Part shown: in pieces, positions 34,978 through 43,691 of the stretch
How positions within the stretch are numbered: the first letter of the stretch is position 1
Layout of the letters: each line of letters opens with the position of its first letter
Origin: Candidatus Poseidoniaceae archaeon
Lineage (GTDB): Archaea; Thermoplasmatota; Poseidoniia; Poseidoniales; Poseidoniaceae
Direction of reading: 5' to 3'
NCBI GenBank assembly: GCA_029250345.1
Contig: JAQXFL010000005.1
Span: forward strand, 1 to 43,691
DNA length: 43,691 nucleotides
Translations under genes and position numbers: made by a program
The notes under the pieces: generated by a model
The model's database searches: none
What the model was told of the DNA's origin: nothing
The model's input: only the letters and a program-made list of their open reading frames with translations

Positions 34978-37866
34978 GTGAATACTTGGCATGACTTGAA
35001 CTCGGATGAAATCATTCATACTCTTGATACCAACAAAGACGGTCTTTCGGATGCCGAGGTTCTCAAGCGGCGTGGGGAATACGGTAAGAATAAACTGAAA
35101 GAACCCGAAAAAACTTCTGCGATTCTTCGTTTTCTCTCTCAATACAACGACCCTTTGAACTACTTGCTGATTGGTGCAGCACTCATCGCACTTGCCATCA
35201 AACCGGATCATCCAGGAGACGCAATTTTCATCTTCATTGTCCTCACTGCAAATGCCACCTTTGGGTACTGGCAAGAAGGCCAAGCAGAACAGGCTATGGA
35301 TGCTCTCAAACAGATGGCTGTTTCGACATGTGTCGTTATCCGTGATGGCATTGAATGGTCAATCCCAACGCCTGATTTAGTTCCTGGTGACATTGTCAAA
35401 CTCGAAGAAGGGTTGAACGTACCCGCTGATATTCGTGTCATTGAATCGTACCAGTGCAGGATTGATGAATCCTCACTCACCGGTGAGTCGAACAGCATTC
35501 TCAAGTCAACGGATTCTCTGCCGGCTGCGACGCTCTTGGCTGACCGTAACAACATGGCTTACATGGGCACATGCGTATCGACAGGCCGAGCAATTGGTGT
35601 TGTTGTTGAAACTGGAATGGAAACAGAACTTGGACGCATTGCAAGCAACATTGTCGATACTGAAACTCCAAAAACTCCATTGGAACTAAAATTGGAATCA
35701 CTTGGTCGTTTCTTAGGATTCATCGCATTGATCGTTGCAGTCCTCTTGGTCTCAATTGAACTCATCATTGCTTACGGTTTAGCCCAAGACAATCTTTGGG
35801 AAGTTGCCGTAGACCAATTTATCATCGCCATCGCCATTTTCGTAGCGATTGTTCCAGAGGGGTTGCCGATTATTCTCGTGATTACCCTTGCGCTCGGTAT
35901 GCGAAATATGGCCCGTCACAAAGCAATTATTCGTCGCATGAAAGCAGTTGAGACCCTCGGTTCGACTACAGTCATTTGTTCGGATAAAACGGGCACGCTT
36001 ACGAAGAATCAAATGACTGTACGCCAGTTTTCTTCGACCTACGGCACTTTCACAGTTTCCGGTGAGGGTTTCAAGCCAGTTGGCAACCTCTCACTGGACG
36101 GCACCGAAGTGACGGATGAAGGGATGAGCAAATTACAGAGTGATTTGGCATTCCGACTTTCGGCTGCATGCCTCTCTTTGTGCCATAATTCTCAGATTTC
36201 GAAAGTCGATGGGCAATGGCAGGCGATTGGCGATCCTACGGATTCAGCATGTGCTGTTTTAGGATGGAAAATTAACGGTGATGTGCGTAAGTTTTCGCAA
36301 CGCCATTCAAGAATCCACGAATTCTTTTTCGACACAACACGTAAGCGAATGTCTGTTATTCACGAGTATGAAGGTGAGCGATGGATCTTTTCAAAGGGTG
36401 GTGCCGGTGGTTATGTACCATTAGTCGAATGGAAAGTAGTGGACGGAGAAATTGTCCCTATCACACAAGACGACTTTGAAGCAGCATCGAAAGCGAACAA
36501 AGAAATGGCGAATCAAGCAATGAGAGTCCTTGCGCTTTGTGCTCGTCGGCTGGATGATGACGAAGATATTCATGATGTCAACGTTGTTGAGTCCAGTTTC
36601 ATTTTCCTTGGACTCGTCGGAATTATGGATCCACCGCGTTCCGAAGTCAAGGAAGCAATTGCAACATGTCAGAAAGCAGGAATCCGTGTCAAAATGATTA
36701 CTGGAGACCAACAATATACCGCAGAAGCAATTGGCAAAGAACTCAATATCACCGAAGGTGGTATTGCCCCTGTGAACGGTGCATCCCTTGAAACAATGAG
36801 CGATGAAGCATTGGCGGAGGCTGCATCTCAAGCCAGTATTTTCTCACGTGTTACGCCTGAGCAAAAAATGCGTATTGTGTCTGGTCTTCAGGAGCGCGGA
36901 GAAATTGTCGCAATGACGGGCGATGGCGTGAATGATGCGCCAGCTCTTTCTCGTGCCAACATCGGTATTGCAATGGGAATTGCTGGAACGGATGTCGCAA
37001 AAGATGCAGCAGATATGGTGCTTCAAGACGATAATTTTGCAAACATTGTTCATGCAGTCGAAGAAGGGCGCAAGATTTACCAAAACATTCGTAACTTTGT
37101 CCGCTACCAAGTTTCTACAAACGTGGCAGCGGTAGCATTGATTGTTCTTTCTACGCTCGTCCTGCCTTGGGAATTACCGTTGACTGCAACCCAAATCCTG
37201 GTCATCAATATCCTCATGGATGGCCCACCTGCGGTTGCTTTAGGCGTTGAGAAGAAGCATGGCAATGTAATGGAGCGACCCCCTCGTCCAGTGAACGAAG
37301 GATTACCGAATTTCCGCGATGTTGCCCTCATTTTCTGGTTAGGAACCATCATGGTCGCAGGTACGTTGACTGTGTTCTATCTCGCAGGCGGCGGTCTTGA
37401 TCCTTCAACGTGTGACACGATTCCAATGACCGATGCGGCGACCTTTACTGGCTTCGATATTGATGCGTGCCTTGCTGGAGATGCCGGCGCAATGGCTGAT
37501 GCAGAATCGTATGCATCCGAGAAATTCGCCTATGCTCAAACAATGACATTCTCGGTATTTATTCTCTATCAGTTGTTTAACGTCATTAATTGCCGTTCAA
37601 GCCAAGACAGTGTGTTCACGCTTGGTTTATTTTCAAACAAGGCGATAAATTTGGCTATACTCATCTCGCTCGGTCTTTTGTTGTTCTTTGTGCAACTTTC
37701 AAATCTCACGCTACCGCTCGTGGGACTGGAGATTGGTGGGTTGCTACGTACAGTAACGCTTGAAGCGACGGACTGGATGGTGATTGTATGCGTAGCCTCA
37801 ACAGTATTTATCATTGAAGAGTTTAGAAAGTTCATCGTTAAATCTCGTTACTTTGCTGTACAGTAA
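34978..37866 (+). CDS. P2-type cation-transporting ATPase (Ca2+-ATPase-like)
   Basis: 'LTGES', 'VPEGLP', 'CSDKTGTLT', 'MITGD', 'TGDGVNDAPAL'. Start set to GTG 34978, which is preceded by 'gaggtg' plus a 6-nt spacer and gives 'MNTWHDL..'. The ORF-track ATG 34870 would leave only 15 nt to the divergent OPT start. Confidence 0.9.
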   Translation: MNTWHDLNSDEIIHTLDTNKDGLSDAEVLKRRGEYGKNKLKEPEKTSAILRFLSQYNDPLNYLLIGAALIALAIKPDHPGDAIFIFIVLTANATFGYWQEGQAEQAMDALKQMAVSTCVVIRDGIEWSIPTPDLVPGDIVKLEEGLNVPADIRVIESYQCRIDESSLTGESNSILKSTDSLPAATLLADRNNMAYMGTCVSTGRAIGVVVETGMETELGRIASNIVDTETPKTPLELKLESLGRFLGFIALIVAVLLVSIELIIAYGLAQDNLWEVAVDQFIIAIAIFVAIVPEGLPIILVITLALGMRNMARHKAIIRRMKAVETLGSTTVICSDKTGTLTKNQMTVRQFSSTYGTFTVSGEGFKPVGNLSLDGTEVTDEGMSKLQSDLAFRLSAACLSLCHNSQISKVDGQWQAIGDPTDSACAVLGWKINGDVRKFSQRHSRIHEFFFDTTRKRMSVIHEYEGERWIFSKGGAGGYVPLVEWKVVDGEIVPITQDDFEAASKANKEMANQAMRVLALCARRLDDDEDIHDVNVVESSFIFLGLVGIMDPPRSEVKEAIATCQKAGIRVKMITGDQQYTAEAIGKELNITEGGIAPVNGASLETMSDEALAEAASQASIFSRVTPEQKMRIVSGLQERGEIVAMTGDGVNDAPALSRANIGIAMGIAGTDVAKDAADMVLQDDNFANIVHAVEEGRKIYQNIRNFVRYQVSTNVAAVALIVLSTLVLPWELPLTATQILVINILMDGPPAVALGVEKKHGNVMERPPRPVNEGLPNFRDVALIFWLGTIMVAGTLTVFYLAGGGLDPSTCDTIPMTDAATFTGFDIDACLAGDAGAMADAESYASEKFAYAQTMTFSVFILYQLFNVINCRSSQDSVFTLGLFSNKAINLAILISLGLLLFFVQLSNLTLPLVGLEIGGLLRTVTLEATDWMVIVCVASTVFIIEEFRKFIVKSRYFAVQ

Positions 37867-37925
37867 GCGTAACAAGCGTGTGGCCTAAACCACATCTTGA
37901 AAAACAGTGTGGGGCAGGAACATGT

Positions 37926-39140
37926 ATGTCAGCATGGGAATCTTCCGTTCTCGATGCGGGTTCTAACCCTGAATGGAAGTCACTCTTGCCACAACTTGTC
38001 GGTGACCTCGATACTTGGAGTGCGACTCTACAGCCAGTTGCTGCCAAGATTTCCAACGGTCAACGCCTCACGCTTGCCGATGGTATTGTTCTCTTTGAGC
38101 ATCCCAATCTTTCGGAGGTTGGACGATTGGCAAATTGTGTCCGTTCCGCTCGATTCGGCTCGAATGCTTTTTTCAATTCCAATGTGCATGTCAATCAGAC
38201 CAACATTTGTGTTCTCGCTTGCAAGTTTTGTGCCTTCCGTCGTTCTAAGAAAGCGAAGGATGCTTACGCATTAGACGTCAGTGCATACCTCGAAGACCTC
38301 GGTCAATATGCCGAGCATGTCGACGAAGTACACTCCGTTGGTGGATTGCATCCTGATTGGGGTGTCGAACATTACGCAGAACTCTTCAAGGCATCACGGG
38401 AACGCTTCCCGCATGTATCCATCAAGGCCTTGACTGCTGTCGAAATCAAACACCTTTCCCAACTCTCGAACATGAGTTACAAAGACACTCTCCAACAACT
38501 TAGAGATGCAGGCCTTGGTTCGCTACCAGGTGGAGGTGCAGAGATCCTTGACGATGACGTACGAGCGATTATTTGCAACGGAAAAGAAAGTTCATCCGAG
38601 TACCTCGAAATCCATCGCACCGCCCATGAACTCGGAATTCCTACCAATTGTACAATGCTTTTTGGAACCATTGAAACACTTGAACAGCGATTAATGCACA
38701 TGATTCAATTACGAGAAGTCAACGATGACACCTCCGGTTTCCAGTGCTTTGTCCCCTATCCGTTCCTTCCTGACCACACACGGCTTCCTGAAGCCCAACT
38801 TGCAACGGGTAGCGAGATTCTACGTACCATCGCCGTTTCCCGCCTCATGTTGGATACCATTCCTCACATCAAGGCCTACAGGATGAACATTGGTGATGAA
38901 TTAGCCGAGTTAGCCCTCCAATACGGTGCTGACGATATCGATGGAACAGTCCAGAAAGAATCAATCATGCATCTTGCCGGCTCAACAACACCACTCGACC
39001 ACGACCGTATTCGCCTTGCGCGTCTTATCACGGATGCTGGATGTGTCCCTGTCCAAAGAAACACGACTTACGAAAGATTCGAAATCTTCATTCCACCAGA
39101 GCCTAAGCCTCGTAGAGGGTTAAAAATGGCCAGCCCCTGA
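37926..39140 (+). CDS. Radical SAM enzyme of the futalosine pathway (MqnE/MqnC family)
   Basis: Cluster motif 'CVLACKFCAF' (CxxxCxxC), 'GGGAEIL', 'GADDIDGTVQKESIMHLAG'. I cannot separate MqnE from MqnC by eye. Confidence 0.75.
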   Translation: MSAWESSVLDAGSNPEWKSLLPQLVGDLDTWSATLQPVAAKISNGQRLTLADGIVLFEHPNLSEVGRLANCVRSARFGSNAFFNSNVHVNQTNICVLACKFCAFRRSKKAKDAYALDVSAYLEDLGQYAEHVDEVHSVGGLHPDWGVEHYAELFKASRERFPHVSIKALTAVEIKHLSQLSNMSYKDTLQQLRDAGLGSLPGGGAEILDDDVRAIICNGKESSSEYLEIHRTAHELGIPTNCTMLFGTIETLEQRLMHMIQLREVNDDTSGFQCFVPYPFLPDHTRLPEAQLATGSEILRTIAVSRLMLDTIPHIKAYRMNIGDELAELALQYGADDIDGTVQKESIMHLAGSTTPLDHDRIRLARLITDAGCVPVQRNTTYERFEIFIPPEPKPRRGLKMASP

Positions 39141-39176
39141 GGAAGAGAGATGGTTGAATCACATTGGATGCAAACG

Positions 39177-39947
39177 ATGGGCAGAGTTGCTTTTCTCAAT
39201 TGCGACCCACTGTTCTATGGATTAGAGACCAATTGGAATATTCTCGCTGCCCCGCCTGCATGGCTTACCGGTCATCTACTGCGTAAGGACTGCATACTTG
39301 CACCAATACCGGCGGCAGACTATGCTCGGCATGCCGACGAACTGATACTGCTGCCAGACATTGGGATTTGCAGTCGAGGTGAAGTTGGTAGTGTTCTTGT
39401 CTTCGGAAATAAGCCTCTCGAGCAAATGAAATCCATTGCTTTACCAACGGACTCAGCTACTTCAGTTCAATTGTTGAAGTACCTCTTGAAAAAGCGAAAC
39501 TTGGACCCCGAATTTGTTCTTATGGGCCCTGATCTCGAGGGGATGCTGAAACAATGCGAAGGAGCGCTGCTCATTGGTGACCGTGCTCTTGAAGGTGCCA
39601 AAATCGCACCGAATACTGTTCAACTCGATTTAGGTCAAGACTGGCTTAAATTCACTCAAAAACCTATGGTGTTTGGCGTTTTTGCAGCTCGTAAGGATAC
39701 GCCAATTGAATCTCTTCGTCACGCACACGCCGTTCTTAACGACAATTTGCGTCATTTCGAACAAAGTGCTGAGCAACGTCAGAGCGTAATAGAATGGGCC
39801 ATGACACGTTCGCATCTTGATTATGAGCGATTAGATCGGTACTTTGGAGAAGTGTTCAATCGCATCGACAGTGAAAATCTCTCTGGGCTTAATGAGTTCC
39901 TCACGAAAGCATGTGGGCTAAAGTCGGGTGCAGAATTCGCTTGGTAA
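39177..39947 (+). CDS. mqnA: Chorismate dehydratase MqnA-like (VitK2_biosynth family)
   Basis: 'GRVAFLNCDPLFYGL', 'ILAPIPAADY', 'GEVGSVLVF', 'ALLIGDRAL'. Start is ATG 39177 or upstream 39150/39168. Confidence 0.7.
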   Translation: MGRVAFLNCDPLFYGLETNWNILAAPPAWLTGHLLRKDCILAPIPAADYARHADELILLPDIGICSRGEVGSVLVFGNKPLEQMKSIALPTDSATSVQLLKYLLKKRNLDPEFVLMGPDLEGMLKQCEGALLIGDRALEGAKIAPNTVQLDLGQDWLKFTQKPMVFGVFAARKDTPIESLRHAHAVLNDNLRHFEQSAEQRQSVIEWAMTRSHLDYERLDRYFGEVFNRIDSENLSGLNEFLTKACGLKSGAEFAW

Positions 39948-42161
39948 TCAGTCATCATCTGCGGTTTCGTCCTTCTTGTCAGAATAGGTAACCACCCTTC
40001 GAGTTTTTACTTTCCTTTGTGTTGGTTTTTCTTTAACCACCTTTTTCTTTGAAGCAGTCTTCCTCCGAGGTAGTTCTTCAGATGTTGCTGCATTACTGTC
40101 TAGGCGTCGACGCTTGACCTTCGTAATCGGGCCATCCTTTGGTGCTACTTTTTGAACGGCCTTTCTGCGGGTCTTAACGGGTTTGTCTTCAGACTTTTCG
40201 CGAGGTTCATCAGTGGTTACGTCTCGCTCCTCACTGTAACCTTCATCATTGTTCTGGAGATCATCAACTTCTTCGTCGTATTCCGGTTCATCATCGCTGA
40301 TTGTACCGAGCTCTCCTTCATCTTCAACGTCCATATCGAGTTCTAAATCCATTGCGTTCTTGGTTCTCATCAGCACCACAGCGACTCCTGCCAGCAAGAG
40401 TATGACTGGGGCAAACAGGATTGGATTGTCGATGAACCCTTCAATCACTTTTGTCGCAATGCCTGGCTCTTCTTTGACCACTTCCTCCAACGTGATGCTC
40501 AGTTCACCCTCACTCACCCACCAAGGAGAATAATAGAATTCATTCGATTCCGAAGATAATGCAGTAACATCGATGGGGTGGAGTTCAGCATGTTGGGCCA
40601 AAGAGGCATCAGTTGACTTCGGTTGAGATCGAATGTTAAATTCAAGCGGGTATGTTACCGTATCACTGAGATTAAAGTAAATCGAGTAGGTGACAGCAAT
40701 GTGCGTTTTTTGGTCACTCACTGCAGTAAATGCCATTCCTCGTTCGACATTGCATTCGACACGAGCATTTGTAAGCTGACCCGATGACATTTGTATGGCG
40801 TCTTTCCAAGAACTGATGTAGTGAATTTGGTTCATATTTTTGCACGTTGCATCGGCAAAAAGTACAGCCTCTTCTTCACTCAACTGCGTATCCGTCACAA
40901 CAGAACGCCGAGAAAGATTTCGCAATGCTGAGGAGAGTTGAATGTCGAGGGTGAATGTATCGTCAAGGATTAATCCAGTAGAATTAAACTGGAGTGAAAC
41001 TTTCCGGATGGTCTCTACATCCGGGTTTTTGCTGCATGCTTGGGTAAAAGTTTCACAATTGTTGTCTCGGATATCGGGAATTGCATCACCGTCATCATCA
41101 TCATCAAACTCATCTGGAAGTTCATCTCCATCCAAATCAGCGCCGCTTTCACCCTGTCCTACTGCTACACTCGGAGCGCCATAGACTGCAATATGTCCCG
41201 TATCCGTCGCTACATAGGCCATTTGGCGTGTGCCAAATTGGTTCTCGACGATATCGAAACCCATGGCTTGATGAGCGAGATAAATCGATACGATGTCGTT
41301 GAGTGATGTGGAATCCACTGTGAGAATTCTCTGTGAAATTCCAGTTTCGAGGAGGTGGATTTGGTTGTTGTTGACCGACCATAGCAACTGCGAGCCCCCC
41401 TCAAAATTTCTTTCAGATATTGCTCCACCGGAAAATGACCAGAGTGCCATTTGACCTTGTTCGGTAAATACAGCAAGTTGTTCGTCCACTGAATCAAAGT
41501 CACAACTCACCACTTTTGAATCGTGGTCCCATTGCTTGCCGGTTGGATTCCCCTCAAGCGTCCACATGACGACACGACCACTTTCATCGCCGGTCAAAAT
41601 GTAACTTCCGAGGGATGAAAAATCCACACATGTCACCTTCGTATTGTGCTCTCCGTTGAGCGTTCGTTCGACTTGCATGTCCGATGCACGAAGTAGATTG
41701 ATTCCATTGTTGGTGTTTGGGACTGCGATTAGGTTTCCATCCGGCGACCATTCTATACGTTCTGAGCGCGAATTGGAACCACTCTGTTTCGAGGTCAGCG
41801 TCATTGATTCAACATCAATGACTTGTATCGTATCGGTATCGGTTACAGAGCCGGTCATGGCAAATGCGATCAATGTTCCATCAGGAGAGAACTTGATATC
41901 CAATACATCACCGTCTACGTCAAAGGATTCGACCAATTCTAAGCTGCTCAAATTGTGAATTGCTACTAATCCATCATATCCACTTGCAATCAAGGTTTCA
42001 TCTGGGCTTATATGGACCGTACGAGATTCCTCTGCATTCTCTGTCACAGTTACATCGACAAAAGCAATATCTGAGTATTGGCCTGCGACCACTGAAACTG
42101 AACTTGCTAGAAACACCGCTAAGCAAAGTAGCGTTTGTATTCTTAACCGTCGATTGTCCAT
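39948..42161 (-). CDS. Type-I membrane surface protein: signal peptide, WD40-like beta-propeller, Asp-rich Ca-binding-like linker, unknown domain, TM, charged cytoplasmic tail
   Basis: 737 aa. Signal-like 'LLCLAVFLASSVSVVAG'. Repeated 'SPDG.LIA' blades (ISPDETLIASG, FSPDGTLIAFA, WSPDGNLIAVP, LTGDESGRVVMW). 'DLDGDELPDEFDDDDDGDAIPD'. TM 'ILFAPVILLLAGVAVVLM'. The 139-aa tail is acidic in its first half and Lys/Arg-rich in its second. Confidence 0.7.
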   Translation of the reverse strand: MDNRRLRIQTLLCLAVFLASSVSVVAGQYSDIAFVDVTVTENAEESRTVHISPDETLIASGYDGLVAIHNLSSLELVESFDVDGDVLDIKFSPDGTLIAFAMTGSVTDTDTIQVIDVESMTLTSKQSGSNSRSERIEWSPDGNLIAVPNTNNGINLLRASDMQVERTLNGEHNTKVTCVDFSSLGSYILTGDESGRVVMWTLEGNPTGKQWDHDSKVVSCDFDSVDEQLAVFTEQGQMALWSFSGGAISERNFEGGSQLLWSVNNNQIHLLETGISQRILTVDSTSLNDIVSIYLAHQAMGFDIVENQFGTRQMAYVATDTGHIAVYGAPSVAVGQGESGADLDGDELPDEFDDDDDGDAIPDIRDNNCETFTQACSKNPDVETIRKVSLQFNSTGLILDDTFTLDIQLSSALRNLSRRSVVTDTQLSEEEAVLFADATCKNMNQIHYISSWKDAIQMSSGQLTNARVECNVERGMAFTAVSDQKTHIAVTYSIYFNLSDTVTYPLEFNIRSQPKSTDASLAQHAELHPIDVTALSSESNEFYYSPWWVSEGELSITLEEVVKEEPGIATKVIEGFIDNPILFAPVILLLAGVAVVLMRTKNAMDLELDMDVEDEGELGTISDDEPEYDEEVDDLQNNDEGYSEERDVTTDEPREKSEDKPVKTRRKAVQKVAPKDGPITKVKRRRLDSNAATSEELPRRKTASKKKVVKEKPTQRKVKTRRVVTYSDKKDETADDD

Positions 42162-42274
42162 GGCCGTCGATATAACCCAGTTCCCTCTAAGGTTTGAATA
42201 CTTCGTATTCTGTGTTTCATTTTTGTATTCAAATCATGCGGTTGGTTCATCAAGGTCGCTACGGTGGGAGCATC

Positions 42275-43159
42275 ATGGTGGCAGAGTTACCTCTCGATGA
42301 AAACGGAAACAAAATTGTACGGATTGGCCACTCACCAGACCCCGACGACGCCTTCATGTTTCACGCCATGACAACCGGCGCTTTTCCAACTCCTGGTTAC
42401 AATTTTGTCCATGAACTACAGGATATCGAAACCCTCAACCACAGAGCAATGAATTGCGAACTGGAAGTGTCTGCTGTCTCAATTCATGCCTTTCCTGAGA
42501 TTTCCGATGACTATGCACTCATGAACTGTGGTGCATCAATGGGCGAAGGATACGGTCCGATGGTTGTCTCTCTTGCTGGCGCCTCAACCGAAGAAGTACG
42601 TTCATCGACCATCGCAGTGCCTGGTTTGAAAACCAGCGCATACCTCGGTCTTCGACTTGCATGGGGCGACTGTGATATTGCAGTGGTACCGTTCGACGAG
42701 ATTATTCCTCGAGTTCTCGATGGGACATACAAGAGCGGTCTTATCATTCACGAGGGTCAACTCACTTACGTCGACCACAACCTAAAGGTCCACGTCGACC
42801 TTGGCATATGGTGGAATGAACGTACCGACGGCTGGCCTATGCCGTTGGGTGGAAACGTCGTGCGACGTGATCTTGGGCAGCAAGTAATGGAAGATATAAC
42901 CAAATACACCAAAATGAGCATTGAATTCGCTCTTCAATCACCAGATGAGGCTCTTGAGTTTGCTAAAAAATGGGGTCGCGGTATTGATGACGATACCAAC
43001 CGCGAATTCGTCGGAATGTATGTGAATGAACGCACAATTGACTACGAAAACGAAGGCAGAGCCTCAGTACGACAATTCATCCGTGAAGGACAGGAGATCG
43101 GCATGATTCAGATGGATTTCGATACTTCCACAATGGCCTTTATCGGCGCAAATGAGTGA
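42275..43159 (+). CDS. mqnD: 1,4-dihydroxy-6-naphthoate synthase MqnD-like (VitK2_biosynth family)
   Basis: 'RIGHSPDPDDAFMF', 'DIETLN', 'IAVPGLKTSAYLGLRL', 'GLIIHEGQLTY', 'DLGIWWNERT', 'MPLGGNVVRRDLG'. ATG 42275 follows 'ggtggga'. Confidence 0.7.
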   Translation: MVAELPLDENGNKIVRIGHSPDPDDAFMFHAMTTGAFPTPGYNFVHELQDIETLNHRAMNCELEVSAVSIHAFPEISDDYALMNCGASMGEGYGPMVVSLAGASTEEVRSSTIAVPGLKTSAYLGLRLAWGDCDIAVVPFDEIIPRVLDGTYKSGLIIHEGQLTYVDHNLKVHVDLGIWWNERTDGWPMPLGGNVVRRDLGQQVMEDITKYTKMSIEFALQSPDEALEFAKKWGRGIDDDTNREFVGMYVNERTIDYENEGRASVRQFIREGQEIGMIQMDFDTSTMAFIGANE

Positions 43160-43653
43160 TCCAAATGGCAGTCGAAAAGCGGATGCCGGGTGTGAGCCAA
43201 TACGGATCTGTTGACCCCGCCCCCGCAGAATTCAAGGGCGATGTAACTTCTTGGGCCGAAACGCTGTGCGATGAATCACTGCCAATGTTTCAAAGAATGC
43301 GGAGCGTCTTCTCTTTGAGAAATCTCGGTTCTGACGATGCTTGTTTGGCCCTTTGCTCTGGATTTTCAGCTTCAAGCGCACTTTTACGTCATGAGTTGGC
43401 CTATGTATTGGGGCAAATGCAAAACGATACTGCACTCCCTGCACTTATTGAGCGCTTAAGCGACGCAGGAGAGCACATTATGGTACGTCACGAAGCTGCA
43501 GAGGCACTTGGCGCTATCGGTAATTTAGAAGCAAAGCCCGTTCTCGAAGAATTTCTACACGATGAAAATCCAGAGGTTGCAGAATCCTGCGAAGTCGCTC
43601 TCGACTTGCTGAATTGGTGCGCTACCAGTGAATGGGATGAGGCAGAATGGTGA
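43156..43653 (+). CDS. Half-size deoxyhypusine hydroxylase (DOHH)-like HEAT-repeat protein
   Basis: 'SVDPAP', 'LCDESLPMFQRMRSVFSLRN', 'SALLRHELAYVLGQMQ', 'MVRHEAAEALGAIG' and 'ESCEVALDLL' match the linker plus C-terminal four-HEAT half of eukaryotic DOHH, including two His-Glu metal motifs. Start is GTG 43156 (overlapping the mqnD stop) or ATG 43165. Confidence 0.75.
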   Translation: MIQMAVEKRMPGVSQYGSVDPAPAEFKGDVTSWAETLCDESLPMFQRMRSVFSLRNLGSDDACLALCSGFSASSALLRHELAYVLGQMQNDTALPALIERLSDAGEHIMVRHEAAEALGAIGNLEAKPVLEEFLHDENPEVAESCEVALDLLNWCATSEWDEAEW

Positions 43654-43691
43654 CGAAAATGAACCTCAAGTTCAAAGACTCAATACTCTTC

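Noticed and set aside
1-43691. Scan for CRISPR arrays, tRNA/rRNA genes, IS elements, integrases and long direct or inverted repeats.
   Set aside because: None was recognisable by eye. Intergenic spacers are short (mostly under 175 nt) and non-repetitive. A computational scan (tRNAscan-SE, Infernal, a repeat finder) would be needed to exclude small RNAs.

Overview
This is a gene-dense archaeal chromosomal window with about 46 protein genes on both strands. I saw no rRNA, tRNA, CRISPR array or obvious mobile element by eye. The archaeal assignment rests on a proteasome alpha subunit, the exosome superoperon (SBDS, Rrp4, Rrp41, Rrp42, L37Ae, Pcc1, prefoldin beta), the S12-S7-aEF-2 cluster, Dph6, archaeal-type ProRS, a split transketolase and isopentenyl phosphate kinase. 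Lineage is a guess: an uncultured marine euryarchaeon, possibly Thermoplasmatota or Marine Group II-like.

Three functional themes recur:
- Translation and RNA processing: 3682-10475 and 13412-16838.
- Isoprenoid and quinone metabolism: a UbiD-family decarboxylase, IPK, an IDI1-GGPPS fusion, thiolase plus DUF35, and futalosine-pathway mqn genes.
- Non-oxidative pentose phosphate genes plus transporters.

The most unusual items:
- A MamK-family actin homologue (24430-25455) sits between an uncharacterised double zinc-ribbon protein and a membrane protein with an acidic cytoplasmic tail. This is a candidate undescribed archaeal cytoskeletal module.
- A stand-alone half-size deoxyhypusine hydroxylase (DOHH)-like HEAT-repeat di-iron protein (43156-43653) abuts mqnD.
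- IPK is followed by a eukaryote-like type-1 IDI fused to GGPP synthase.
- A thiolase is paired with a Cys-less, N-terminally extended DUF35 protein and has no adjacent HMG-CoA synthase.
- An intact DHH/DHHA1 nanoRNase-like gene and a TPR gene are fused onto the exosome superoperon.
- An orphan protein has UDG-like motif order.
- A 737-aa beta-propeller surface protein is inserted antisense within the mqn cluster.

All family assignments come from motif recognition by eye. No searches were run.
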